DNA of 63,852 nt, the filler included, from Bigelowiella natans CCMP2755 (Eukaryota; Protista; Cercozoa): assembly GCA_000320545.1 (NCBI GenBank). It is 4 parts of 4 records of this genome, joined end to end, with 100 filler letters (N's around TTAATTAATTAA, not from the genome) between each part and the next. Parts side by side here need not be neighbours in the genome. Positions count along the whole stretch, not along the records: positions 1 to 26,036 come from ADNK01000409.1; 3 more parts are not named here. The stretch is one strand, 5' to 3'. Of the stretch, positions 1-13,509 are shown one piece after another. Under the pieces are notes generated by a model, which worked only from the letters and a program-made list of their open reading frames with translations, was not told where the DNA came from and made no database searches. The translations under genes were made by a program, and so were the position numbers. Numbering within the stretch: the stretch's first letter is position 1; every line of letters starts with the position of its first letter.

Positions 1-135
1 GTAGTAGTCGTAGTAGCTATCAAGCCATCCCCCCGCCCCCCCTTTTTCTCTTCTCCTTATGATCAACAACAACATCATCATCATCATCATCATCAATATC
101 ATCCGCATATCCTCTTCCTCCTTTTGCTGCTATAG

Positions 136-237
136 AACACCGTCCGTGACTGGCATTCGAATGATATCAACAAACTAGCTGAGAAGCTACTTCTGACGAG
201 TCAGAAAGCAGGTAAAGGAGAGTAGAGAGAGAGAGAG

Positions 238-284
<47 letters not shown>

Positions 285-1708
285 TTGGGTGGAGGATAAC
301 GAAAATTAAAGTGAGTGCTTGATTGGACCGCTACCACTCTCCGTCTCTCTCCTACGTGTGTACGTGCAGCAGCAGCAGCTCACATGCAGCAGCTCATATG
401 CTCACTCTACATAAAAACGATACAACTCACCAGCAGTAGCAGATGCACCGTGGCATCTCATCCGTCGTCAACGAACGTTTGATGATGTCGTCTGATATAT
501 TTCACACATCATCATCATCTTCTTCTTCTTCTTGTTGTTCTCCTTCTTTTGCGGTGCAGACAAACGGATGTCGCTCGCCTCTCATCATTCCTCTGAGGAT
601 GATGCTACAACAAGCAGCGCACGTCGACCGTTACCCAGGCTGCTGTCAAGGACTGACGCCGGTAACAAAAGAGGAGGAGGAGGAGGAGGAGCTGAGGAGG
701 GGGGGGCAAGGACTCGCAAATCCTTCCCGCGAATCTCTATTCCTAACGATGGACAGGATGATGATGACGACGATGAGGATGATGATCATGAAGACTATGA
801 TGACGATGATGATGATGAGAATGAGGATCATCATCATCATCATCATAATCATCATGATGATGCCAGCAGTTGTCATCTCTGCAATAATCATAGCGGGAGA
901 AGAAGAAACGGAAGGAGAAAAAGGAAGCAGCAGCAGGAGGAGGCCATTGGTAGTATAGATAGCGGCGATCGGAAGGATGAAGAAGAGGGAGGAAGAAGAG
1001 GAGACCACGGTCAATTTGTAGATCTATTAGAAATAGTGTGTGTTATGCGTGTGTGTGTATGTGTGTATGTGTGTGATGGTGATAGATGGTGAGCTGTAAC
1101 ATGATGAGGAGGAGGAGGGGAGGAGGAGGAAGAAGAGAATGACATCTTACCACCATCGACTATTGTCATTAGCATTAACATATAACTGCAATAGAGATAA
1201 AATTAGTAGTTACGTAGTAGCAGAGAATGCAACCAAAAGAAGAAGAATTGTATCAGTTAAGAAAGACATCAGCTGCTGACACGAGATCTTTTCTCATCGA
1301 GAAGAGGGGGAATGGTGCTCATTTATGCAATCAAATGCTAGCACTTGCACCCCTTATATCGGTGCCCTCGTCTTCGTTGTCATCATTAGTAAACAGTTAT
1401 CATCATCATCATCGTCATCATCATCATCTTCTTCATGATTGAAGGAGGGTTGAATCCGTATCAATTGTAGTAATATGATGGCATCTCCTCTTCCTCCTCC
1501 TCCCCCCAAACCCCCTCCTCGCTTGACAGCGGCAGCACAGGATAGTAGCAAAACCAGGGTTCATCAAGGGGGGTCAGCAGTAAGTAGCACCACGGAGAAC
1601 AACGGTTTGGAATGGTGTTCAGACCCAAGATATAGCCGACTTTCAGAACCTAGGTAGTAGTAGTAGTTGTAGTAGTAGTTAGAGTTAGTAGGAAGAAGGC
1701 GGATAAGG

Positions 1709-1757
<49 letters not shown>

Positions 1758-2870
1758 TGTGACGGCCACGACGACAACGATGATAATCATGATCATGATC
1801 ATCATGAGGATTTCACTATGAATTCTGTCTGAAACAGATGATTATTAAATGTTGTTTGATAATGTCCTCCTCCTCCTTCTTCTTCTTCTGGTTCTTCTTC
1901 TTCTTCTAGGCTTAGCCATGCTACAGACGTGAAAATAGGGGAAACAGGTCATCAAGCAACAGGCTCATCGGACGATGTTTCTTCGGCCACCTCTACGATG
2001 AGGAGGAGGAGAATGGTGCGGCGACCTCCCCACCATCAAACACACAACGGATGATGATGATGATGATGATGATGATGGTTTCAACAAGTGTACTAGTATA
2101 CTACTCTACCACAAGAACATTGTATTGGAAGATTGACAAGTACACGAGGGCGAAGAAGAGATTCTTCTTCTTCTTCTTCTTCTTCTTCTTCTTCTTCTGC
2201 TGCTGCTGCTGCTGCTGCTGCGGGCCTGTTTCCCAAGATAATGATACAATAACACCGACACTTGATTAAGAATCATTCATGGTTTTATTGCGTGTGCGCG
2301 TGTGTGCTGTATGTGTATGTGTGCTGAAAGCAGGTGGAAAACAGGAGAAGTGTTGTCTTCAAGTACAGCTGCCTACCCCTCCCCCCATACAAAACGCATA
2401 TACGTTTTTACGTAGACAAAATTGGTGTAGGGAACCATGTATTTGTATTCTTTGCCACCACCAAATGTATGTATCACATTCTTCTTCTCACATGATGACA
2501 CCGTTTTCGCTGCTAAATCAAGGTACGGACGACATCTAATCGGAAAATCCAAACGGGAACTTAGGGTGAGAACACGAAGAAGAAGAGGAAGAGAGGAAAT
2601 CATCAATACACTTCACGGAATGAAGATAATATGTTTCATGCATTCGCGAACAAACAACACACTTTCAAAAGTCGTTTCAGCCAGACATTGAAACTCGGAA
2701 GTCTGTGGCACCGTAGTGATAGTCTTGAGTCAATAAAGTTGGTTGCGTATGATTGCCTCGTGCTTCATGTGCCTGACCAAACAATCTCTTCTATTCAGCT
2801 GGGACGCCTGCATCTTTACACTGAGAAAATAGGTTATACCAGCAATGTGATGCATCCCCCCCCCCCCCCC

Positions 2871-2928
<58 letters not shown>

Positions 2929-3159
2929 GTTTAACGGATTTTGAATAGCACAGCTAGTGCGCTCCAGCTGCCACACGGTAGTTGTAGTAGTAGAAGTAGT
3001 AAGTAGTAGTAGTAGTTCAACACATTAGTCGTGATGATTGGATGGAATTGGATTGGATGCATCAGGCGGGGGATCGAAGGCAAAACATGGCAAAATTCCA
3101 TACACCAACATCAAAGAAGCACACCTACTCCCAAAGAAAGGCAAATAATCTCAAACATG

Positions 3160-3221
<62 letters not shown>

Positions 3222-4006
3222 TAGATAGTAGTCGCAGTAGGAAGTGAAAGGCACAGAGTAGTAGCTTACTTACCCTCGAAATAATGAGAATGAAGCACAG
3301 ATAGTGATGATGATGATGGTGTTTCCTGCTGCTGCTATTACTAAAAATTGCTGCCTGTTCCCAAGAAGAAAGACCAACATCTCACCGCCCTGCCGTTGGT
3401 CGCAATCATAATAACTGACTGACTTCCTTCTGTGTGCCAAAAGGCGACTCACACTTTGAGATAGCGTTTGGAGGTCCAATGTTGCATGGTAGCCGTCACT
3501 ACGAAGCTCACTCACCAGAGGTTGGTACTGCTACTACTACTACTTCTACATCAATCACGAAGTAGCTTGTTTGCCGAACCAGAGCAAGCAGCTTGCAGCA
3601 TTGCTATTGATATTATGGCTATTGTTATTGTTGTTGTCGTTGCTGCTGCTGCTGCTATTGAAACTTGTTGTCGTATGCTCTTGTGCATAAATCGATCATC
3701 ATTATCACCATCACCATCCAGGAGGCACTAGCGCTCGTGGAAAAGATCAACGTTCTTGTGCGCCAGGCCAAAGCAACGGTGGAGATTTTAGGTGGGTTCC
3801 CGTGTGGTGGTTGCACGCGCACAAACACAAAGGCGAACACAGCGATTAGTGAGTGTATGTATTTTTACACATTTCTTTAGGAGAAAATGGTAATTTTAGC
3901 AGCCATTTTGAATGAATTTCTTGTCGTCATATCAGGCGAAGACGCTGTGAGCCCCCCGGCTGTATCGAAGGATGAGGGAAACGCTGCTATGTTTTCCTTC
4001 CAATGA
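136..4006 (+). CDS. Multi-exon gene (5' part outside the window) with low-complexity region and C-terminal PH-like domain
   Basis: Phase-consistent exons at ~2116, 2523, 2685, 2799, 3066, 3444 and 3722 splice to ...YWKIDKYGRHLIGKSKRELR...LGRLHLYTEKIGGGSKAKHGKIPYTNIKEAHLLPKKGDSHFEIAFGGPMLHGSRHYEAHSPEEALALVEKINVLVRQ. This resembles a PH fold ending in the typical helix (SIN1/Avo1-like). Probable stop TGA at 4004-4006. Confidence 0.45.
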
Positions 4007-4187
4007 CTGCAACAACTTGAAAGATAAGGGCGCCTCCTACATATTGCTCGCTTGACGAATATAGAACCCCATTTTGTAAAGAAATACGAGCCGTTAAATG
4101 TATGTGTTACGTATTTGTCAGAAGAAAAAATCAAAGATGGGTAGGTAGGTAGATAGATAGATAGTTAGATTATCACCATATTTATTC

Positions 4188-4222
<35 letters not shown>

Positions 4223-4340
4223 AATACACGTACGTATATTTTTATTTTTATTATTTATTATTTACAAGGTAGATGTTGTGTAATGTGGAAAACATCACCA
4301 CCATCAAAGTATGTCAAGTCTAATGTCAAAGAAGGGGAAT

Positions 4341-4376
<36 letters not shown>

Positions 4377-5465
4377 CTGCACCCAAATTTCAGAAGAACT
4401 TCGTACGTGTTGCTTGCTGATGCATCATCATGCCATTATGTTGAATTCAGCGAGAATGATGATCGATTGAGAGGATGTAATGATTAGCACGTCATAATCA
4501 TCCAGACATAAGCATCTGCCAGCTCGATCAAATTACAATTTATGTAGTAGTAGTAGTAGTAGTAGTAGTAGTTGTGGTAGGTTTACAATAGCAGAAAATA
4601 CAAAAAAGAGGTGAAGCTCTATGTACAAATCTAGTAATCCCATGGATATATTTATATCTCTTGGAGACGACATGCACATTGGTACAACATTCTAGCATGT
4701 AAGTAGGCTAGATATCGGTGCATTGCAGCCAGTGTTCATTCAACACAACTACGCACAGCATACTGGTTTATCATTGCTTGACGACCAATACAAGTTAGGT
4801 GTGAAATGCAATCATAGCTAGATAGGGAATGCGCATCGCACGCGTACACCATGCCTTGGCTTGCTATGAAGCATATTCTAGCATTGCTAGATTGCCAATT
4901 CACAATGCACATCTTGTAGATGTGCATAGAATGCTTCGTTGTGATGTGAATTATCTATAACGTCATGTGCGCATGTTCGTGCTAACGCAGCAATTCTAGA
5001 ATTCAAAAATGCATTATTTGGCTGCTGCTATGTAGCTAGATATAGTGTCAGTGGTCGAAGATGTATAGAAATGGATGTCATCTATTCATGCTAGCATGCT
5101 GAGAACTAGCCAGACATAGGATTGCTGAGCATCTCAGATTTAAACCATGCAAGCCTGCTAGCATGCTATCATGACATGGCCACATAGACATGCACAACGG
5201 CGCAATCAATTGCTAGATTGGTGCCTTTGTCGACGTAGCGTGCAGAGGCTCGGCGCACATGAATGGCGATAGAGAATGTTTCCCATTCTTTCACAAAATA
5301 ATTACATTGCACGCACAACGTTAGAACTAGCTGCGTGCATTCTATCGTAAACAATTAAGCTTGTTTAACATTATCTCTGGTCTACAGACGCTTGAAGGTG
5401 CCATCAGAAAATGATAAGGTATACGGACGAATGCAATCTTCGTGTGTGAGCAAGACTTCGAAATT

Positions 5466-7236
5466 TTAACTGGATTTGTGTAAATCAACCTTGCCATTTT
5501 TCTTCTGCGACACCCGAAACCACGCAACTTCTAAAATTGCACACATTTGATTCCCTACTTCAACGGCGTACGTAAGGTATAACATAAAGGTGCAGACAAC
5601 GGCACCCCAACAGCCAAGGGATGTCATATAGAACGATTTGAGTAAACGTTGCTGGCCCATGCCTACCGAAATTATAATTAACATCCCAACCCCCCCGCAG
5701 TACTCAAAAGGGGATCGTGGGAGCTTCATTTGAGCTGTTCTTGTGACAAGAATGCGGTTCATCAACCCTCCAAATCCTAGCATGCTCACCATAACCCACG
5801 CGACCACTTGGCCCGTCCCAAATGGACGAATTACGAGATATGCTACGACCGAAACAATATACCAGTAAATGATTAATGCTGCTTGGTGAAAGAAGCCAGC
5901 GATTCCCGAGCCCTCTTTAATGGATTCCTTTTCGGGCGTCGTTAAATTCCCTCTCAGAGGGGATTTCGAGCAATAATGCTTGATGATGGTAAACCCGGTA
6001 GCGAGCGCATGGTGGGCTGGCAGCAGGAGTCCCAAAACGATAAACAATCCTCGGAACTGCCAAGAAGTAGACGTGATCGACCCAGCGGGGAACATGGGAA
6101 CTATGCGCTTGAAAGCCGAAGAGCTCTCGAGAATGCGTGCTAGGAAAGCGGGTAACGGTATTTGTCGCTCTAGAGATTTTGAGGAGTAAGCCTTGACAAG
6201 ACCGCACACCTACACATAATCTTGTTAGTTACATCGCAACTGTCAACGAAAGGGTGATGGGCAACTTTACTTGGATGAGCGCTTGCATTTCCTGGCAGTC
6301 TAGAGGACGAATTTCTTGCCGACCTGAACATTGGTTGTGATAGTAGTCGAAGTTAGAAGGTATATTTTATTCGCGTGGCAGCTGCTGAGCACAGAACATG
6401 AATGATAGCAACCGAAATGTAGCAGAGTCAGATTCGAGAAGAAGAACGCCAGCTGGGCATGAAGTACGAATAATGCACCGACGATGGAATTGAGTCCGAC
6501 CCCAAGGATTTCTGTGGATTAGGGATTCGAATGGCACACTGATATGAGATTGATTGTGAATGAAATAACTCTTCCCCCGCTTTGGGGTTTATTAGTACCT
6601 ACCACTGCAAAATACAGCATAGATTGTTGAAGTCATTGCATCGCAGCCATGGTCGATAACTTCACCCAATGCACTTCCACATTTTAGCCTACGAGCCTAA
6701 TAGCACAATTCGACAAAGTATGCTGATGAGGGTGTTCGCATTCGCTGTACGGTTTTGTTCTCAATCTCTTTGCAATGTACTACCTGTTTCCCATCCGTGC
6801 CGTCCATTGTCTGGTACACAAAGCCGCACGCCGATGCCATTACCAACCACCAAATCGGCGCTCTAAGGAAAGAAATAATCATGTGTTAGGAATGCAGAAT
6901 GGAGATCTAACTCCTCTGTACTCACTTTCCATCAAAATGTGGGCTGACAACGATGAGCGCAACGAAGGCTGAGCAGAGAAAGCCGAAGCCAATCAGAGTA
7001 ATGAGGTTAGGAGCCAGCCAGCGTGGATATAGAGGAGTCACCTATCAACAGACGCATTCAGAACTTGATGTAACATACACGATTAATTGGCGGACCAGAT
7101 CCCAGAAGCGGTTGAGGTAGAGGTATTCGAGCAGGCTGAGGGGGGGGCTTTGATACCGGTAGGATTTCAAAGCCACAGCGTCAACGACATTGCGTGCAGA
7201 TGACGACGCAGAGCGACCGCTTGAGATTCCGCTCAT
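5466..7236 (-). CDS. Choline/ethanolamine phosphotransferase (CDP-alcohol phosphatidyltransferase family), multi-exon
   Basis: N-terminus LKSYRYQSPPLSLLEYLYLNRFWD, WLAPNLIT exon, catalytic motif YQTMDGTDGKQ...DHGCD split by introns, and a long hydrophobic last exon at 5466-6209. Confidence 0.9.
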
Positions 7237-8051
7237 TATAAACTGGTGGAGTCCCCCGTCTCCCCTCCGTACTTATCTGCTTCTGTCGGATCTGGCGGAG
7301 AGGGTTGTGTGCTTGTAGCGCAAAAAGCATGTCGTCCTCGTCGTTGTCGTTGTCGTCGTCGTTGTTGTCGTTGTTGTCGTCGTCGTCGTGGTCGTGCATG
7401 TCTCACCTTCAAAACGACATACACTTTTTGTCCCAGAATGGCGTTTTGCGTTTAATGTTGTATTTGTTATGACTACCGCCGATTTTAGACTATAATATAT
7501 GGGTGATATTACCAAAGGCGCTCTCACTTCCGGCGGAGGCAAAATGGGGAACGGCCGATCCACGATCTGTTGATGGAGGATGGAGATCATGGTTTTCGAG
7601 CCACAGCTTTCTGTTAATCCTGCACTCACCACTAATTTTATCTGGTGGATTGTACTCTTTATTCTTTTCCATCTTCTTCTTCTATTTAAGAGCCTGACTT
7701 GGAGTCAGGGCAGGATAGAGAAACCGAGCAAGACTACAAATTGAACGAGAGCACGGTAGAATAACTCCATAACCGTTTTACTAAATGAATAATAATCCAT
7801 GATAACAACTCTTACAGAGATCCCTCTCAACACTCTCTACAAGCTTGTCAGACTTATTGCTCTCTCCTCTTTCCCCGAAGGGTATGGTTGACACGTCAGA
7901 AAAAACACAGATCTTCCGTCAACAAACACGCGTGCTGTGTGAGTCTCGGAAGCTTTCATCTTCTTATGCTAAAGTTGCTTCCGGATATTCTAGATTTCGT
8001 AAAAATATGCTTAAAATTGATAGTACTAAACATGCGGACGTTGGGTAATAG

Positions 8052-8181
8052 GGCGTGTGCAATGGTCGATGCCAACGATTAATCTCACCTCATCTGCAAA
8101 CAACGCAACTTCTGGGGAAAGTAACACGCTAGACTCTTCCTCGGTATGCAAAAGATAGATTCCGCGAAATAATAGATATGC

Positions 8182-8219
<38 letters not shown>

Positions 8220-9456
8220 CACATATTTATAATATTATAGTATCAAACCTCATGTCGTGCATGCAGGCGAGAATAAATGGTTAACTTGAGCATCTCTGTG
8301 TGCACCTGCTAGGTTTCTACGTCCGAATCTGTTACCATATTAAATATCCAAGATAACAGGAGGGGAAATGAAGACGACCACAACGACTGCACCGGTAGCA
8401 ACCTTTCCCCGCTGTTTAATATGTCCTTACACATTGGATAAAAAACCTAATTTGGCCAATTATTATTTTTCTCTCCCCCCCCGTTTTTGTTCTATCACCC
8501 TCTTTACCCCCAGAAGGTGCCTTTACAGATCCAATAGATCTCATAGAACCAAGCAGTTCGCATGGTTGCAGTCAACATTCAAGTGAAATCGCCAAAAACA
8601 GTGTGGAGGGGGGCATGAATGACCCTTGTTCGGCAGCAGGTAGTTTGACATGCAATATTTGCTAATAGGAACATAGATAACGTGCAGTCATTTGATTCAT
8701 TAATTTAGTTCAAATCACTTTTTTTTTTTCTGTTTAACATAACTGACACGCTACTCCCAGATCTGAAGAATCAAACAAAAACCATCTGTTTGAACGTACC
8801 CAGTTTTGCCACTCACTTGACGCATATGATGCTATTTGCTCCCAATACCTTTCACTAGATTCAACCAAAAATGCGTCTACAACAGCAGTAGGAGCAACAG
8901 CCGATTTAATGCTAAAATGGGATCACGGCGAGGTACCCCTCTACAATCATATCTCGAAGATGACAATAGGGAAGAAAAGGTCAGCTTGAACAAGATGACG
9001 TCGCGTTCATCATAATTTAACCGTGCTTTCTTTAAACTTAAAACCTTGTACCTTCCTCGCAGCAAAAATGATATTATAGTGCGAGTGTCCAAGGTGTCTA
9101 GATACCATTGCTACATAGAGAACGGTGAGCTGTTCATCGTAATTCTATTCTCACAATTCAATCTGGATTGTTTTCACGAGCGAAATTCTTTGATTAGGTA
9201 TATGGTTAATTGACTGCAATTCAAAGCACGGAACTACACTGAATAACGTAAAAATAGAGAAAGCGAAGCTAAAAGATGGCGATCGGATCGGTAGGCAGCA
9301 CCTTTGAAAGATGATAGATAATCTCCAGATCTAGACTACATTACGGGCGAAGTTTTCACTACAAACGCTAGCATTCCTAAATTCATGTTTCTTTTAACAG
9401 GAGTAGGCAAGTTTGAATTCCTTGTTTGTAGACTCAAAAGCGAGGATGAAACGTAG
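8052..9456 (+). CDS. FHA-domain protein, multi-exon (start uncertain, possibly ~7500)
   Basis: Exons at ~8859-8979, 9063-9124, 9199-9290 and 9401-9456 splice to MTIGKKRSKNDIIVRVSKVSRYHCYIENGIWLIDCNSKHGTTLNNVKIEKAKLKDGDRIGVGKFEFLV, which carries the FHA motifs SRxH, SxxGT and LxxGDxI. Missed by the ORF track. Confidence 0.75.
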
Positions 9457-10112
9457 TCTAATAATTTAACAAGACATGTCCTCCAGCTCGCACACAATAA
9501 TTGTCACAATGACGCACCAACATATTTCACCGTGAAGCGACTTAAAGACTGATAACTGTGTTTTTCGTCATAAAGCAAGAGTACCCGGACAGAGCAACCA
9601 TTTCTCACACGCACGGTAGAAGAGAAGCGAAACTAATGCAAGATATACTGATCATCGGCTCAACATCGGCACATGAACTGGACTCTTGTTAAGAGATCGA
9701 AGATACACTTTAAAAGCTTGCTGGTGGCAACGACTCAGGCTAATCATCCCTAGGCCGAAGAGAGCTAGTTGCAATTCACTTCATGCTTCTCAACTATGGA
9801 CAAATCTTACTTGAACGAATCATGTCTCTCAGGTTGACGATTTTGTGTCGAACTACCATGCATGTCTACTGACATCTACTACAGGAAAATGATTAAAGGA
9901 ACACATCAAATGAATCATGCGGTGTCAGCAACTTGATGTGGCTTTGGTGGATGCTTGCACATGCCTAATTACATGTGCATGGCACAGAGCAACAGCTCCT
10001 AGAGAACGTCGATCTAGCTAAATCGCACATGCACGATGCAAATGCACATGCAAGCCTGCTAGCCTGCGAGCGCGAACATGCATGCGGTGGCCTGTGGAGT
10101 GTGTGTGTGTGT

Positions 10113-10154
<42 letters not shown>

Positions 10155-10161
10155 CATGGTA

Positions 10162-11045
10162 CAGAGCTAGAAAGCACATCTCACTCCAATGTTGCAAGCT
10201 GCTGTCAACAATCGGGCTGCACGCTGCACGCCGCCCAGCCCAGCAGCGCGCGTGCGTCGCTTGCAAACTTTCCAACTTTCCACCCAGAGTTTCAGAACTC
10301 TGTGTGTGCAACTTGCACGTGATTTCTGCAATGGTTGCATGCCCACCCGCACACGCACGCCCAAACGTGTCAGCTCCAGACAGAGTCGTCGAACACAACC
10401 AGCTTGGGCAGTCTAGCAGTGCTCACTTGTCGGGCAGACCAGCAGAGCTAGCCAGCTAGCTAGCTAGCTAGCTAGAGAGCTAGACGTCGAACAACTCTGA
10501 CCATTCTGGCATTCTGGCATTGCTGGTCGATGAGGTTGGTGTGCTTTCAAGTTGATGTGCGAGCACCCGTGGTTGCGTGGGAGCAAATGAGGAATGCGTC
10601 TTCCCATCAACGACAGGCAGCATCCTGTTGTGCTTCCGGGTCGACGGCAATTCAGATTCAAGATGCAAGATTCCGCAGCGTGAAGAATGAGCTTCATGCG
10701 CTCATGCAGCAGAGACAACTACATGTTGCATGTCGCAATCCAATGTCATCGTGGTAATTCAAAACGAACAAATCAAGGAGGAAATGCTTTTGCGACAACA
10801 AACAAACCATCGATGTCGCTTGAACATCGCTCAAGCCTTCTCAGCCGACGTCTGGAATTTTCCGACAGGGGCATGTCCTCCCCCTCCTTCACGGTGTTGC
10901 CGTCGCTCTCAGACGAGGAGCTTCTGCTTTCTCGGCTGATCCAAATCCAAAGAAGTTGGGTGAGACTCTCTCCACAACGAATGAAAGCGCTCGCGGCCAC
11001 ATTGGGAGCCACGGAAGAAAAGATTGTGGAAGCCTTGCGGAAAAT
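10162..11045. other. TpA-depleted domain including a (CTAG)n run at ~10447-10483
   Basis: All TA in 10162-10719 are CTAG, and there is no TA in 10757-11045. Confidence 0.88.
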
Positions 11046-12204
11046 TAATTCTTCCAGCGAGGAAGATGCGGAGAACAAATCAGGCGGAATCAAGGATCTG
11101 CAAACCGGTGTGTTGGAGGACAATATATCGAAGGTCTTGAACACACAACCGCGGAGCACAGAGGACCGTGCTGTGGGAATCCTCACCGGGGTCATGATCG
11201 GGGACTGCCTCGGCGCCCCAGTTGAAGGTTATCCGCGTGTGATGATAAAAGAAGTCTTTACGAACGGAACGGTCGATGTGTTTGTGCCATGTACCCACAT
11301 GGGAGTACGAAACCTAGGGTATCGTTACGGTATGTACACTGACGACTCCAACTCGACACTGGCGCTCGCGACAAGCCTTGTAAGCAAAAAGGCAATCAAC
11401 CCCGCCGACTGTGGCTTAGAATACGCGAAATGGTGGCAGCACACCCCAACAAGGGGTTGCCCCGACTCTGCTTCTTCTGTCTTTAAGGCACTTCTGGGAG
11501 GATTGCATTACTCAAAGTCTGGGAGAACACGATTTCTGGATGGTTCTTTTGCCAACGGCGGAGCGATGAAAATATCACCCCTCGGCGTAGCTTGCCGTCA
11601 TGCGGATAGCAAATCGCTCAGATGTGCGGTAAAATACGCAATAATGTCCACTCATGCCCATCCACAGGCTGTAGACGGCGCGGCGTGTATTGCGGCAGCC
11701 ATAGGGTATGCAATGGGTTGCACGAAGCTTGAGGATTTCAACCCAACTAAAATGATCTCACGAGCCTTAGAGGTCACGGAGACTAAGGAGATGAGAGAGA
11801 GGCTAGAAACGATCCATAAGAGGTTGAAAAAAATTGGAGCGGTAAAGCAAGTTGGTAAGACTCTCTCGGAACTAGAGGATTTACAGGTCCTCAAAGAACT
11901 CGGTGGCTTAGATTTCCAAATCAAGGCTATCCACGCCGTGCCTCATGTCCTCTGGATTGCGGCCAGATACGGAATGAACCCTGTCGATTGTATGACAAAT
12001 ATGATATCGGTGGGAGGCGATACTGACACGACTGCCAGCATGGTAGGTGGCATTATGGGCGCGCTTCATGGAACAGGTTGGATCCCAATTCGATGGTGGG
12101 ACAATCTAGAAAACGGGGAATTCGGTCGTGATTCCGCCATTTCCCTAGCTCTCAGTCTGGCAAAATTGGATATTAAGGACTATAAGGCACCTTCTGATGA
12201 GTAG
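10813..12204 (+). CDS. ADP-ribosylglycohydrolase (ARH3/DraG family), intronless
   Basis: Motifs GVMIGDCLGAPVEG, YTDDS, NGGAMKISP, THAHP and GGDTDTTASMVGGIMGALHG. The ORF track starts at 10687, but the real start is probably 10813 or 10873. Confidence 0.93.
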   Translation: MSLEHRSSLLSRRLEFSDRGMSSPSFTVLPSLSDEELLLSRLIQIQRSWVRLSPQRMKALAATLGATEEKIVEALRKINSSSEEDAENKSGGIKDLQTGVLEDNISKVLNTQPRSTEDRAVGILTGVMIGDCLGAPVEGYPRVMIKEVFTNGTVDVFVPCTHMGVRNLGYRYGMYTDDSNSTLALATSLVSKKAINPADCGLEYAKWWQHTPTRGCPDSASSVFKALLGGLHYSKSGRTRFLDGSFANGGAMKISPLGVACRHADSKSLRCAVKYAIMSTHAHPQAVDGAACIAAAIGYAMGCTKLEDFNPTKMISRALEVTETKEMRERLETIHKRLKKIGAVKQVGKTLSELEDLQVLKELGGLDFQIKAIHAVPHVLWIAARYGMNPVDCMTNMISVGGDTDTTASMVGGIMGALHGTGWIPIRWWDNLENGEFGRDSAISLALSLAKLDIKDYKAPSDE

Positions 12205-13509
12205 TCGATATTCAAGGCAAGCTAAATGGTGATGATGATGATGATGATGATGATGGTGACTCGTTGCGCAAATGATTTGTCAAGATGATCCAGAGAACTT
12301 CTGGTGCATGCCATGTTAGGAGCGTCATGTTGTCGAACTACATTTACATCTTGGTGTAATGTTGGCAGAGATATACTCGCGGTAGATACCGCGGACGTAG
12401 TGTGCACGTGTGGCGTGATGCATGATGCAACAAGAAATTGCGAATGTCGCGAACGAATAAGCATCGCTAGATCGCCCTTGCTTGCAATGATCGTGTCGCA
12501 TACGTCTGCCGCCAGGCGTGCCTACGCGTGCATCGTGCTAGCATGTGCAGTCCGCAGGCGGCAATTGCATCATGTTATAAAATTTTGTCATACAGCAAGT
12601 GTCCAGCGTGCATGCTAGCATGTGTTTTGGAAATCGTGCGCACTGCTATCTAATATAGCTAGCTATCATGATGCATTTTCATGCATGCAACATGTGATCA
12701 AGGAAACAAACAGACACAATTTAAACGCTGTAGCCGCTGCATTGCATAGCTACATTAGGATGACCATTGAAAATTTTTAAACATTTCATTACATCCGTCT
12801 CATACTTCAAGCCTTCAAGCGCACATTGTCAATATTATGTCATGTGGACTAGGCTGCTCTAGATCGAACGAACTCTCTAGCTACACTTTGACCGCGATGT
12901 GACAACGCTTTGTTGTGTGGATTGATAGCTAGATAGCACGCATTCGTTTAATTGATCCATGACTACCTAGCTACGTGATGATCTGTCGTGTAGGTCGGGC
13001 ATTACTGCGATATGCGATGATGATACATACATGCAGAATATCGGGCTAGCATTAGCGGAGACGACGCAGGCCATTCTCACATGTTGCAGCACATTTAGTG
13101 AAGGTGGATGCATATGCCGCCATACACTACTGCTGTGCCGCTTTTGTTCGCGATCGCTGTGCGGGTGTGTGGTCCGCACATGATGCGTAAACACGCGTAC
13201 ACATCAATCTGACTTCGGACATTTTGGCCACTGCTATACACTGTTACATGCACAGCGCACATCGCCATAGCAGCACACATCGAAATTTCACAACAAGACT
13301 GGGCATAAATTAGGTGGCCGTGTATTTCCTTATAATTACAATATTAGCCTACGATAGCACTTCGCATTATCTTTTGGAATGGACCAATTGGAACACACCC
13401 TTGTGCTACATCGAGTGATGTTGATCGACACAGCAACTTTCATGAGGAAACACAGTACAGATATTAACTGCTGTGACACGCTAGATCCAGTCTCAGGATC
13501 ATGACACAA

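Noticed and set aside
2791-3228. ORFs with IYIYIY, CVCVCV, HTHTHT or polyS runs throughout the window
   Set aside because: Translations of intronic microsatellites.
9965-10757. Many overlapping Cys/His/Ala-rich ORFs (also at 35-36, 56.3-56.8 and 60.3-61.3 kb)
   Set aside because: A by-product of TA loss removing TAA/TAG stops and Tyr codons; no protein-like motifs.
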